NCBI GenBank assembly: GCA_963768055.1
Contig: CAVYGN010000002.1
Span: forward strand, 1,600,001 to 1,664,000
Direction of reading: 5' to 3'
Length of the DNA stretch: 64,000 nucleotides
DNA from: an uncultured Spirochaetota bacterium
GTDB lineage: Bacteria; Spirochaetota; Brevinematia; Brevinematales; JAOACQ01
Positions 30,552-41,140 of this stretch are shown here, in pieces (position 1 is the stretch's first letter; every line of letters starts with the position of its first letter). The notes beneath the pieces are model-generated. The model was not told the origin of the DNA, did not search any database, and worked only from the letters and a program-made list of their open reading frames with translations. The position numbers were made by a program, and so were the translations under genes.

Positions 30552-31633
30552 ATGGGCCTTGTCAGAAGGGAAAATGGCGTTTATTATGTTCGCCTGCAGC
30601 AAAATAAAAAGTCAGTTATTTTCAGCCTAAAAACCAGAAGTACACTACTTGCTAAAGAATTATATTCAGTTTATCTTAAAAGCAGACTGGAAAATCGCTT
30701 ACAACCCATATTAATTGAGAACACTCCAGGCTCAAATATTTCAAAATTTGAAAAGCAAAAAGTAATACAGCCTAATAATGAGTCGATTCATAAAATATGG
30801 AAAGATTATTACCGTATCGCTGAACTTGTACCTCTTTCTCATGTTCAACTGAATATAAAATCACTTGTTAAGAAGCATCTGGATTTATATCAATTCAAAA
30901 CTTTCGCCAGCTTCAACCAGCTTAATTTGAACAAACTTTTCACATACTATAAAAGTAAATATCAGGATAATTCAATTAAAAAGTTTATGAATGAAATTAG
31001 ATGCTTTTTAAATTATGCCATTAAACTTGGTAAATATTCTATTGATGAATACAGGAAAATTACCTGGATAAAAGTAATTACAAGGGCAAAAACAACCATC
31101 TTCACTTTGGAAGATCTGAATTTGATTAAAGAAGCCATCAATGATGAGGATTTCAGAGTATATTTTAATACCTTAATTAGTTTATGTGCAAGGCCCGAAG
31201 AAATTTGCGGGGATACTGACAAAAAATATTGCGGAATAAAAGTCAGTGATTTTAATTTTAATAATAATACCTGCCATTATTATATGAATAAAAAAAAAAG
31301 TATAAGACTGTCCAGTTTTCAAAGGAATATTCTCAATATATCAAAGGAATAATAAAATCAAAAGGGTTGACCCCTGATAATAATATTGTCAGTTTCCATA
31401 AAAGAGACCACTACTCAAAGAAATTTTCGAGAATGAAAAGGAGACTATCCTTGAATCCTGTATATGATCTATATACAGTGAGGCACACAGTCGGTACTTT
31501 ACTTTATCAAGAGACAAAAGATATTGACTATGTAGCTCGCCAGCTCGGCGATACTATAGAAATTGTTATGAAGCACTATGTGAATAATACTATTGAAAAT
31601 TTTAAACAATATAGTGAGTCATTAAAAATATGA
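30552..31633 (+). pseudogene. tyrosine integrase split by a -1 frameshift in an A10 run
   Basis: ORFs 30552-31352 and 31367-31633 join at A10 (31290-31299) to give ...YMNKKKKYKTVQFSKEY...; motifs CARPEE, YTVRH, LGD, KHY. Confidence 0.8.
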
Positions 31634-31642
31634 CCTATAATT

Positions 31643-31672
31643 AAAAAGGCGCCCCGATTTGGAGCGCCTTAA
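31643..31672. terminator. hairpin between convergent integrases (probable terminator)
   Basis: AAGGCGC...GCGCCTT stem preceded by an A-tract. Confidence 0.6.
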
Positions 31673-31683
31673 CGTAATAATTA

Positions 31684-32751
31684 TTAGCTGAACAACTTAT
31701 GTCCGGATAAATCATCATTATTAATGGAACTATTAATATAGTATTTCATTGCTATTTCCGGATTGTTTCCTAGAAGCAAGGAGGTTTTTTTGGTATCATG
31801 AGTGATATCATAAAAGTTTGTGGCTGAAGTATGTCTGAAAGTGTAAAGGGTATATTCACTGTTTAGTTTTAGTTCTCTTTTAAGCTTTGAAAAAAGTTTG
31901 GAATAATACTCCCTATTTAGAAAATGACCTTTGAACAGATAATCTTTTAATTCATGATCCAGGATAATTTTTTCCAGATTCAGTTCATTCCAGGCAGCTT
32001 TACTGATTGGAATTTTTTTGTTTTTCTTTGTTTTGTTTTGGTAAATATGTATGCTTCTATTTTGAAAATCAATATCATTAATTTTGATATCAATTATTTC
32101 ACTAGGCCTGGAAAAAGTGTAATACAGAAGCTTTAAGTACAATGCAAAGTCGTAATCTTTTTTCTCGTTTTCAATGACAAAAAAAATTTTCTTTAAATCC
32201 TCACTAGAAATAATTATATCTCTTACTTTTGTTTTGATCCTGGGAAACCTTATTTTGTCGTAATCTACTCTCATATAATCACTCCTCCTTATTGAGTCAT
32301 TAAGAAATGCTTTGGTTTCACTAATGAATTTTTTTACGCTATCGTTTTGATAATTTTCATTTAGAAAATTATGGTAACGGTTAATTCCATCCTGGTCAAA
32401 ATCACTATAATCTTTAATACCACATTTCAATAATAGCTCAAGATTTTTCTTTTTAATGTTGATAGTTGTTTTTGTGATATTATCATTTTTACATGTTTCG
32501 ATATAATTTTTGTAATCTGCGGAAAATATCTTATTATTTCTTTTCTGGGATGAATTACAAGATATAACATCGATAACAGGTAAATCAACCATTTTACTTT
32601 TCCATTTTGTTAATACTACATCTTTCACAATCTCTCTATAGATTGATTCTGCTACTTGAATGTCATCAGTCTTGAGAGACATTACGTGCACTTTTTTGTT
32701 ACACTGAATCTTCACTATAAATTTTCCATTTTTTGCTTTAATTAATCCCAT
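31684..32751 (-). CDS. tyrosine integrase/recombinase (paralog of 30552-31633)
   Basis: FSRPSEI, NKTK, YTFRH, LLGN, MKYY; N-terminus MGLIKAKNG vs MGLVRRENG. Confidence 0.88.
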   Translation of the reverse strand: MGLIKAKNGKFIVKIQCNKKVHVMSLKTDDIQVAESIYREIVKDVVLTKWKSKMVDLPVIDVISCNSSQKRNNKIFSADYKNYIETCKNDNITKTTINIKKKNLELLLKCGIKDYSDFDQDGINRYHNFLNENYQNDSVKKFISETKAFLNDSIRRSDYMRVDYDKIRFPRIKTKVRDIIISSEDLKKIFFVIENEKKDYDFALYLKLLYYTFSRPSEIIDIKINDIDFQNRSIHIYQNKTKKNKKIPISKAAWNELNLEKIILDHELKDYLFKGHFLNREYYSKLFSKLKRELKLNSEYTLYTFRHTSATNFYDITHDTKKTSLLLGNNPEIAMKYYINSSINNDDLSGHKLFS

Positions 32752-33031
32752 GATAATATTATCCTTAAATTAATGTAACCAACTGAATAAAAGATATTTC
32801 ACATTTAATATGAAATTAATAAATATTTGATTTTAACTCGATAATCATAAACAGGTTCGAAATTTGTTTCTTATAAAATAATAGCAAAAATAATTATCTT
32901 TTTACGATAACTTGTCCGGTGGTCCGGCCGGAACAAGAAAAAATAATCATTTTTTACAAAAATTCTCTATTAAGAGTGAAATATCCATCTTTAACCAGTG
33001 TTATTTAAGAGCATATATTACCTCCAAAATG

Positions 33032-33820
33032 CTAATAATTTTCAGGCCAAAAACATTTTTTTATAGGTACTGAAATGTTTTTATGAGATTTCTTGTCCAT
33101 AAATGTTAATAAATTCTCTGAGAAATCAATTTTCTGAATATTATAAAATTTTTCTTCAAAAACTATATATTGAGATCTATTGAAACTATCGTTAATAGAA
33201 ATAGGCTTTAATTTAAGTGCTTGAGGAATCGTATCTTTCCCGTCAGCAAAATACGAATCAATCATTTGAGATATTTTTATTTTATCTCCGTCTTTCGATA
33301 TTTCATTAAAAACTTCAATCTTCTTATCTTTTGGGAGTTTTGCCAACTTGATCACATCCTCGTCATTTATTTCCACCTTTTCCGACATTATTTTTTCTTT
33401 TGTAATTGGATCTATTAATCCAATATCATTAATCGCTTTCATAAATTTGTTGGATGCACGAACGGCATCAGGGCTCATTTTTTCTTTTTTACCAATTATT
33501 TCAGCAGTCGTCAACTTCTGGTATTTTTTACCAAAAGTTAAATCTTTTCTTTCCCCTTGTTTTTTTTCATCTTAGATTGATTTTCCATCTTTATCCCATA
33601 CGGTTAGAGGATCACGTATACCTTCTGCTAGAATATTTTCTTCTAACTGGAATAATTCGTCTTTGGACAAAGGAGCTATAAGATTCTTAAACTCGTCATC
33701 AAGTATGATCCCTTCTGTGTTTTTTGGGTTTTTATAAATCATAGCAGAAAGATCTGTGTGTTCTTCCGGTTCCCCGACAATTTCAATATCATCTAAAGTC
33801 TTAAATTTTTCTTCTCCCAT
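33032..33820 (-). pseudogene. ParB-like protein with in-frame stop and probable internal deletion
   Basis: DEFKNLIAPLS..E...LEENILAEGIRDPL.VW, then TAA (33574-33572); the same frame continues KQGERKDL..TAEIIG; the expected DGH.R segment is missing. Confidence 0.65.
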
Positions 33821-33822
33821 AT

Positions 33823-35037
33823 TCAACCTCTTATTTCCTCATATTCTGCTTCAGCAAACATAAAATTTATATATTTACGGACATCAATAAAAATGTTAAA
33901 AATACTCTGCATTATGGAGGGCCAATTTCTTTTATCAGTATTAACACTTTTATCATAGTTTGATTTTGCGATTTCAAACTGTTCCAAAAGGTATTCTTTT
34001 GAATAATTGGCGATATCCGGGACTCCATCTTTATCTGATAATGTGATGATTTTAGTTTCATTATTAAGAGTTATAGATGCTAAATATCCCCTTATAATAT
34101 AACCTCTTGAGGGAGAAATACCTGTATCATTACAGATATCTCTGTTTTCCCGTATTAAATATTCATCTTTCCTTACAACCGGTAAAGGAGCCTTGTTTTC
34201 TTTATTTGTTATATCTTGAACTATTTGGGCTGTTTTAAGCGATTCATTAATATTATTCGACTCTGATTTAGGAGAACTCTTACTGATAAACATCATCGCA
34301 AGCAATCCGGATTGTAACATGATATATATAAACTGCCACATTCCAAACAACATATCATCCACGCTAGATTCACCAAATCTTTTAAGAGAAGGCTTAAGCA
34401 CATCCTCTTTTACATTAATGTCATGGGTTTTTAATTTATTATAATCCAAAGTATATTTTTCACGGTCTGCTATTAATAATGTAATTTTATTTTCTGCCTC
34501 AGTTTTTTTAAAATCATAGTATGTTACACTTTTTGCGGCGTCATCTTTTATTTGCTTGTTAGTTGAGTATAATGAAAGCCATTGGTAAGTTTTTAAATAA
34601 GAGCTATAATTGCTTATATCTAACATATAGGATGATATTTGCTGATTATCTTGATTTATTGAAAGATTGATGTTTGAAATATTTTTAGAAAGAACCAAAT
34701 TATCTTCAATAACCTTTTTTTCTTGGCGTTCCGTATTTGCTGTATGAAAAATAATCGATGATCGCATTCCAATGTAAGCAAGGCCAAGATAAAGACATGC
34801 AAATATTATAACGGGTACAATATGGAATGAATTTGTTTTTATCAAATAAAAATGTTTAGTCATATTGTCGGCAAAGAGCCATATAAGAAATGCGAACAAT
34901 GACCCCAGGAATAAGAAAATAGGGATAAGATACCAGTCGCTGCCGCCAATAGTAATAAGACAGAACATGAATAAAATTGCCTCAATAACGATAACAAACC
35001 TGATAAGCCATTTGATTAATATGTTGTTTTCAAGCAT
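33823..35037 (-). CDS. hypothetical membrane protein with coiled coil
   Basis: Three N-terminal TM helices, heptad-rich middle, fourth TM helix. Confidence 0.7.
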   Translation of the reverse strand: MLENNILIKWLIRFVIVIEAILFMFCLITIGGSDWYLIPIFLFLGSLFAFLIWLFADNMTKHFYLIKTNSFHIVPVIIFACLYLGLAYIGMRSSIIFHTANTERQEKKVIEDNLVLSKNISNINLSINQDNQQISSYMLDISNYSSYLKTYQWLSLYSTNKQIKDDAAKSVTYYDFKKTEAENKITLLIADREKYTLDYNKLKTHDINVKEDVLKPSLKRFGESSVDDMLFGMWQFIYIMLQSGLLAMMFISKSSPKSESNNINESLKTAQIVQDITNKENKAPLPVVRKDEYLIRENRDICNDTGISPSRGYIIRGYLASITLNNETKIITLSDKDGVPDIANYSKEYLLEQFEIAKSNYDKSVNTDKRNWPSIMQSIFNIFIDVRKYINFMFAEAEYEEIRG

Positions 35038-35499
35038 CCAGATCCTCCGTTAACGGAATAAATATCTCTAAATTCATTAAAATAATCCTCCATCGATCTA
35101 TTTTATCATACTTTAGAGAAGGTCTGCTGATCTGTCAATAGGTTTTTAAAGCAAAAATGAAAAATATTTTTCAAATTCATGTTTTTATGTAGAGGACTGG
35201 GATTTTTAATATGGCCGGATTTCAAAAGTACATAAAACGATTGCCAAGGAATCATGCGGGGGCTTAAAAAGTTCCTGGGCCGTCTGTGAAAGAAGTTTCT
35301 TGAACCAAAAACTTACTATCAACGGCGAATTCTGCCGGAACCAGCCTAGAAACTCTCCCACCGAGTTATTATATTCCCTATAATAAACCTGCGGAGCTGT
35401 ACTGTCATAAATTAAAATAGTATTATCGATAAATTCACAGAATTTATAAATTGGTTTGAAATGCTTGGTAATTCTTTAATATATATAGAAATATATCTT

Positions 35500-35993
35500 T
35501 GAGGCATGATTGATCGTGTTTATAATTCCATACATTACAATAAGATAAAAGGATATATAGGATCTATATTATAAAACATGCCTTATTTCGTTGATAAAAA
35601 GCTTTGAGGCATGATTACAGTTCGGTCTAAACCAATAAATATAATATATCGAAGTTCCAATCAGAAATATAATACTCCCGGGATACTATGAATAAAGGCT
35701 AAATGCCTTGAGGCATGATTAATAATCAAAGGAATGTAATGGGGACAATATATTGCTAAATTAGTAAAAAATACCCTGAATTGGAACTGTTGTAAGTAGA
35801 GGCTTACAGTTTTGAGGCATGATTGCAGTAGGGGGAGTATTTAGGATTTTTGAGGCATGATTTTGATCTTTTAATGCAAAATGGCTGATTTGTAATTATA
35901 TAAAATACAATTATTTAAGCTTTGAGGCATGATTTACAAATATACCGGTACTTTTCCACATCTATATATATCCGGTTACCGTGAGGCATGATT
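35500..35993 (+). repeat. seven identical 12-bp direct repeats (iteron-like)
   Basis: TGAGGCATGATT at 35500, 35605, 35709, 35813, 35851, 35923, 35982. Confidence 0.9.
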
Positions 35994-36033
35994 GCAGTTC
36001 TTTTACAAAATTATTGAATAATTATTTTCTTTT

Positions 36034-36290
36034 TACGTAGAGTTTTTACGAAGGATTTATACGTAAGAAGAATTTACGAAGAGTTTTACGAAATAAATAT
36101 AAGAAAAGAGTTTGAACGCAAAAACCTTAAAGAAAAATATTGTAAAAGAGAAAACCATAAAAACTGACCTTGATATTTACGAAAAGTATTTACGAGAGGG
36201 TTTGTACGAAAGAGGTTATACGAAGGAAGTTTACGAGAGGGATTTTACGTAAGGGGTATACGTTCAGGACTTACGAACAAGGGATGTACG
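36034..36290 (+). repeat. degenerate ~13-bp periodic repeat with invariant TACG core
   Basis: 14 TACG cores in two blocks, spaced 12-15 bp within each block. Confidence 0.8.
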
Positions 36291-37233
36291 AGCAGGCTTC
36301 ATATGATGAAGGATTATACAAAAAAGAAGGTTATACCAAAACAAAAAATTTCCGTCAATTCATTGCGGATAAAATCCCATATGCAATCGATCAATCCCAT
36401 CGGTCCAGATCATATCGGATCTGATCAGATCAATCCGTCAGGATGGATCAATCTGTTCGTCCGGAATCGGCACAATGATGGAGCGTTCCGATCTTCCGGT
36501 GAATCCTGTCAGTCCGGCAAAATTAAACAATCAGATCGCCCAGGGGAATACAATCACCCGATAGAATGATTAATTCCACTTTTGGGGAAAACAAATCAAT
36601 CAATCTGATCGGGTAAGTTTATAACAGGGGGATAGATCGATAAAGAAGGTAAGGCCGGGTGAATAGTGGAAGAACCGGGCCGATCCCAACCAGGAATAGC
36701 AGGGAATGAGGGTTCCCTACGGCCCATTTTTACCTTCCCCCGGTTAGAGATTCTGAAAAGATAAAATGATTTCACCTGAAAGGAAATATACGAAGTGGAT
36801 ATCTACTCAAGGTTATGAAGAACTGAGACAAAGTATGCCATTGAATCGAGGTATACATTCTCTACCCAGTAAACATTATATATCACGGGGGATTTCAAGG
36901 GATAACGATATGCGTAATAAACATCCTTAGGATAACATGCCTATAAAGGAAGGTTATATACCGTTATTGAATAAAGGAAAAATTAGACATCATTTGTAGC
37001 AACATCATGATAAAAACAATAAACAAAAAGGATAATAATAATTTTAATAATATAAATATCTCCCATATATGATAAAAAAGAACTGTTACTTATAATAATA
37101 CCATTATGATTGATAAGGAGGATATTGTGATACTATTTAAACAAAAGTGCCGTCCGGCAGGTTTAGTGACCCAGGGTCGGCGTTTTTAGTGACCCGCCCC
37201 CCTGTCTACCTTCAGTATAGCCTTTTCAGATTT

Positions 37234-37995
37234 TCAGGTCAAAGATTTTAACTTATTTTTCTTGATGAAATTATTCAACCTGAAACTTTTACCATCAATA
37301 ACTATTTTAACCGAACCGTCTATCAAGCGGTCCATAATCGCACTTCCAATTAAGGGATTAGAAAAAACCGCAGACCATTCAGATATATCTCGGTTGCTCG
37401 TAATAATGGTCGAGGCTTTGGTATACCGTCCATTAATAACTTCATATAGATCATCCTGCTGCTGCTGATTTAAATCCTGAAGCCCAAAGTCATCAAGAAT
37501 GAGAAGTTCGATTTTGAAGATGTTTTTCAGCTTTAAATTATAACTTCCATTGCCTCTTGCGGCGTTCAAGGAGCGCAGGAGCAAAACAGTGTTCTTAAAC
37601 ACTACCTCATGGCCTCTCCGGATAGCCTCATGTCCGATCGATTGAGCCAGGTGCGACTTTCCGACCCCGGAATGGCCTAAAAAAAAGATGTTTTCTTTGT
37701 TTTTAAGGAAATAACAGGTTGCCAGTTCCTTTATAACAGCTTCATTAATCTGAGGATTAAAACTAAAGTTGAAACTTTCCAGTGTTTTGTCATATTCAAG
37801 ACCGCTCTTTTTTAACCTGATTTTCATAGCTCGCTGTTCCCTTCTTTCTGATTCTTCAAGCAGTAGACCGAGCAGGAAATCAGTATATGATGTCTTTTCA
37901 TTCTGGGCCTTCTGGATATGATAATCAAGATTTTCCAATACCCCCGAGAGTTTCAAATGTTTAAGCCGGGGTATTAATTGTGCCCTGTCGTCCAT
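37234..37995 (-). CDS. istB: IS21 helper ATPase
   Basis: GHSGVGKSHLA, LLILDDFG, TIITSN, AIMDRL. Confidence 0.95.
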   Translation of the reverse strand: MDDRAQLIPRLKHLKLSGVLENLDYHIQKAQNEKTSYTDFLLGLLLEESERREQRAMKIRLKKSGLEYDKTLESFNFSFNPQINEAVIKELATCYFLKNKENIFFLGHSGVGKSHLAQSIGHEAIRRGHEVVFKNTVLLLRSLNAARGNGSYNLKLKNIFKIELLILDDFGLQDLNQQQQDDLYEVINGRYTKASTIITSNRDISEWSAVFSNPLIGSAIMDRLIDGSVKIVIDGKSFRLNNFIKKNKLKSLT

Positions 37996-38010
37996 AATAT
38001 TTTCCTCCTC

Positions 38011-39561
38011 CTATAATTTGAAGTAACTGCTATCCCTGGCATACTTGAACGGTAGGTAAGTTTTAGGTGGATGATTCTCGTCATAAGGCTCTTTCAGATC
38101 AAGCTCTTTAACCAGGATGCTCTTTACACTTGTATAGTTCGGAGTATCATAGAAAATTGCCCTCCTGCAGGCCGCTTCTAAGCGCTCTTTCGGATATTTC
38201 TTAGAAAGGAACAAAATACCTCTCGCAGAACGGAACCCGTCTATCTGTCTATTTGAAAGTATCCTTTCAACAACTTCCAGTGTCGTTTTTCCTATGTTTC
38301 CAGCCCAGGTAAGCAGGGATTGTGATGTTTCTGCCATATATTCTTCTTTGTAGGGCGGCGCGTGAAGGGGATTATGTGTATATTTCCATTTTATTCCGGA
38401 TTTCTCATGAAGCGCTATCAATTCGTACCCGGAATATACTTTTACAGACTTTGAATCTGCGCAGACCATTACTTCCTGGCCGATATACTTGTAAGGGACG
38501 CTATAGTATGAGCTGTCGTACTGAATCAGCCATTCGGGCCTTACAACGCAGGTTTTCCAGTTTATCATATCCCAATCTGTTAAAGGGAGCTTTGAGAGGG
38601 TCTTTGATTCTTCAATAAACATTTCGCAGGGGGATCTTCCTACACCATGAATAATTCTGATATCTGCCGTGTCTTCATCCCATTTTTTAAGCGACTCTTC
38701 AAGATCAATTGATATGGGTATTTTGTGGCCTTTCTGTTCCTGTTTCTCGATGAAATACGGCCAGAAGTTTCTTTTAATATATTTGATATCATTCTCTACG
38801 CCGCCCTTGTGTTCCGGTTTCCCGGGAAGACATGGACTGATCATGAAATCGTAATACTTGGCCATTTCAAGAAAACTTCGATTAAAGATAGGGTCATAAA
38901 ATGCGGCTTTTACAACGGCCGATTTCAGGTTGTCCGGCACGATCTTCTTCGGTATTCCTCCAAAGTGATGAAAAGAATGTATGATGCATAGAAAAAATGT
39001 CTCTTTTTTCTGGTTATAGACCACCTCGCGATATGCCTTACGGCTCTTTCTAAGCCTGCCGGAGAATACCCAGGCTTTTCTGTTCCTGCATTCCAGCGGA
39101 TCATAGACTATGCCGAGATATCCGAAATCCACTTCCATAACCCCGTCTTCAAGGGGTCTGATCATCACGCTTGGTTTCAAAGCAGGAAATTTTCTCTGTA
39201 TATACCGCCGGACGGTTGTTTCGGATATATTTGCACAATCAGAAAATTCACTGATCAGCTTGTGAATAACCACATAACTTTTTTCATCTTCCCTGTATTT
39301 TTTTAGTTTCTCAATATGATTATCCAGGATGTGAGGTTTTCCTTTGATATTTTCCGGCTCATTATATGCCAGGTCCATTTCTTTTTCTGTGGGCACGTCT
39401 GATGACGATGAAAGCCATCCCTTTTTATCGCCTATATCCTTTATTTTTCTTATGACTTCCCGGTGTGTCCCGGTTTCTTTGTGGATATTTCTGATAGATT
39501 CGCCTTTCTTTAGCCGGGTCAATATTTCGATGAGTTGTGCCATGGTTTTTACCCTCGCCAT
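38011..39561 (-). CDS. istA: IS21 transposase
   Basis: EVDFG, FGGIP..IVPDNLKSAV, KGGVE, YSVP. Confidence 0.95.
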   Translation of the reverse strand: MARVKTMAQLIEILTRLKKGESIRNIHKETGTHREVIRKIKDIGDKKGWLSSSSDVPTEKEMDLAYNEPENIKGKPHILDNHIEKLKKYREDEKSYVVIHKLISEFSDCANISETTVRRYIQRKFPALKPSVMIRPLEDGVMEVDFGYLGIVYDPLECRNRKAWVFSGRLRKSRKAYREVVYNQKKETFFLCIIHSFHHFGGIPKKIVPDNLKSAVVKAAFYDPIFNRSFLEMAKYYDFMISPCLPGKPEHKGGVENDIKYIKRNFWPYFIEKQEQKGHKIPISIDLEESLKKWDEDTADIRIIHGVGRSPCEMFIEESKTLSKLPLTDWDMINWKTCVVRPEWLIQYDSSYYSVPYKYIGQEVMVCADSKSVKVYSGYELIALHEKSGIKWKYTHNPLHAPPYKEEYMAETSQSLLTWAGNIGKTTLEVVERILSNRQIDGFRSARGILFLSKKYPKERLEAACRRAIFYDTPNYTSVKSILVKELDLKEPYDENHPPKTYLPFKYARDSSYFKL

Positions 39562-40250
39562 TCATTCCCCTCCTGTGTGATTTCAAAAATTATATCACAT
39601 CAGGTGGGTCACTAAATACGCCGGGGGGTGGGTCACTTAAAGTGCCGATAGGTGGGTCGTTATTTTTGCCGACCCTGGGTCACTTGTGGTGCCGGATTGC
39701 AAAAGATATGGATAAAAAGAATATGGATAAAAGTGAAAATTATATGGGTTATATGGATTGAGTATTTATATATCTTATATATCTCTGTTGTTTGGATGTT
39801 TTTGTTTCTTATGGCGATGCCCTCGAAAGTGCAATGAAAGGGTGAGAATCGTGCCGGCGAGCTCCGGACTCCGCTTTCGCTACGGTACGCTTCGGGCGGG
39901 CCGGGGAAATAACACGGGGTAAACCCGCCCTCGCGCACTCGCGGCCCCAGAGGCTTAAATGGAAGCAGTATGGGCCGCAATCCTACGCATGCCTATCGCA
40001 TCACGTAGAGAAAGTATTAATTTTCATATAGTTGTGGAATTTAAAGAAGGTTTAGATTCGTCTAAAAGCCCTTGCCCCAGGCCAGAATTTTTCTGGGATT
40101 CTAAGACCTGTTTTGGGGAATTGGGGTTTCTTTATTGTTTGTAAGGGCTTTCGCATTCGCTCAAACCCTTGAGTTTTAATGTACGTGGGGTAGGGGGATT
40201 AAATCACTGGCTCTGATTTATCTATATGGATTAATGGAATTATTTTCATT

Positions 40251-41021
40251 TTACTCAAGTCTGTAAATCTTACCATCATATTCAAGTTCCTTAAAAACTA
40301 TATCCTTCCCAGTTTCATTATATTCCTGTTTAAGAAATCCCTTATCCATTGGGAGCCAATCATGATCCTGTAACATCATTCCCATTAAAACTTTCTGTGG
40401 GACATATTCTAAAAAACCTTCCTTTGTTTTAATTAAAACATTTGGTTTTGCTTCCCATCGGACTTGAATAAGCCCGGATTCTGAAAGCATCTTAGAAGCA
40501 ATATTTTTGAATAAAAGCAGACTCTGGGGCGCTGTCCCGAACATTCCCCTATTATCGACTTCAAAGACCAGTACTTTATCATACTTTTCGTTTTTACAAA
40601 ACACTGAACATTTCACTATTTTATTCCTGCCCTGGATGTCCCTAATAACTGAAACTACTTCTTCAACCTTCTCCTTATGTTGTCCATAATCCTCCGGCAG
40701 GTCATTAATGACTGTCTGCCAGATTTCTTCTTTAACTAATCGTCCGGCATGACTTGCAATATGGGTATTAAATTTAATGTTATAAAAGCCATCGTTAGCA
40801 GAATCCAGTTTGAGCACTCCAACTCCGAATTCTTCCAGTTCCCGCCAAAGTTTCTGTTCAGCAGGGGTTTTAAGATTTATATACGCCTCAATTAATACCT
40901 GGGGAATTTCCACGTCTGGATTGTCATGTTTATGGGCTAACAGTTTTTCATATTGTGATATAACAAATTCTTCCCCGATTTTGGTATAATCATGAATATA
41001 TTTGAGCTTTATATTATTCAA
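40251..41021 (-). CDS. hypothetical protein
   Basis: 256-aa ORF with GGAGG before TTG start; no motif recognised. Confidence 0.65.
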   Translation of the reverse strand: MNNIKLKYIHDYTKIGEEFVISQYEKLLAHKHDNPDVEIPQVLIEAYINLKTPAEQKLWRELEEFGVGVLKLDSANDGFYNIKFNTHIASHAGRLVKEEIWQTVINDLPEDYGQHKEKVEEVVSVIRDIQGRNKIVKCSVFCKNEKYDKVLVFEVDNRGMFGTAPQSLLLFKNIASKMLSESGLIQVRWEAKPNVLIKTKEGFLEYVPQKVLMGMMLQDHDWLPMDKGFLKQEYNETGKDIVFKELEYDGKIYRLE

Positions 41022-41140
41022 TTTAATGCCTCCAATCTATGGGATAAAAGAGATTATTTTTTAATATCTATCCAATATTTTATTTCTTATTTCAATAAGA
41101 TAATTTTGTTCCTAATAATTATATCACTATCTGGGAAGGC

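Larger units (their letters stand above)
37148..39701 (-). mobile_element. IS21-family insertion sequence (2554 bp)
   Basis: TG...CA ends; IRs TGCCGTCCGGCAGGTTTAGTGACCCAGGGTCGGC vs TGCAATCCGGCACCACAAGTGACCCAGGGTCGGC; internal GGGTCACT repeats; AAAG target duplication (37144-37147, 39702-39705). Confidence 0.93.

Noticed and set aside
35500..35993. CRISPR array
   Set aside because: Repeat is only 12-14 bp, periods range from 38 to 105 bp, and no cas genes are present
36170..36569. ORFs of 84 and 88 aa
   Set aside because: They are translations of the TACG and GATC repeat zones with no recognisable domain; more likely non-coding
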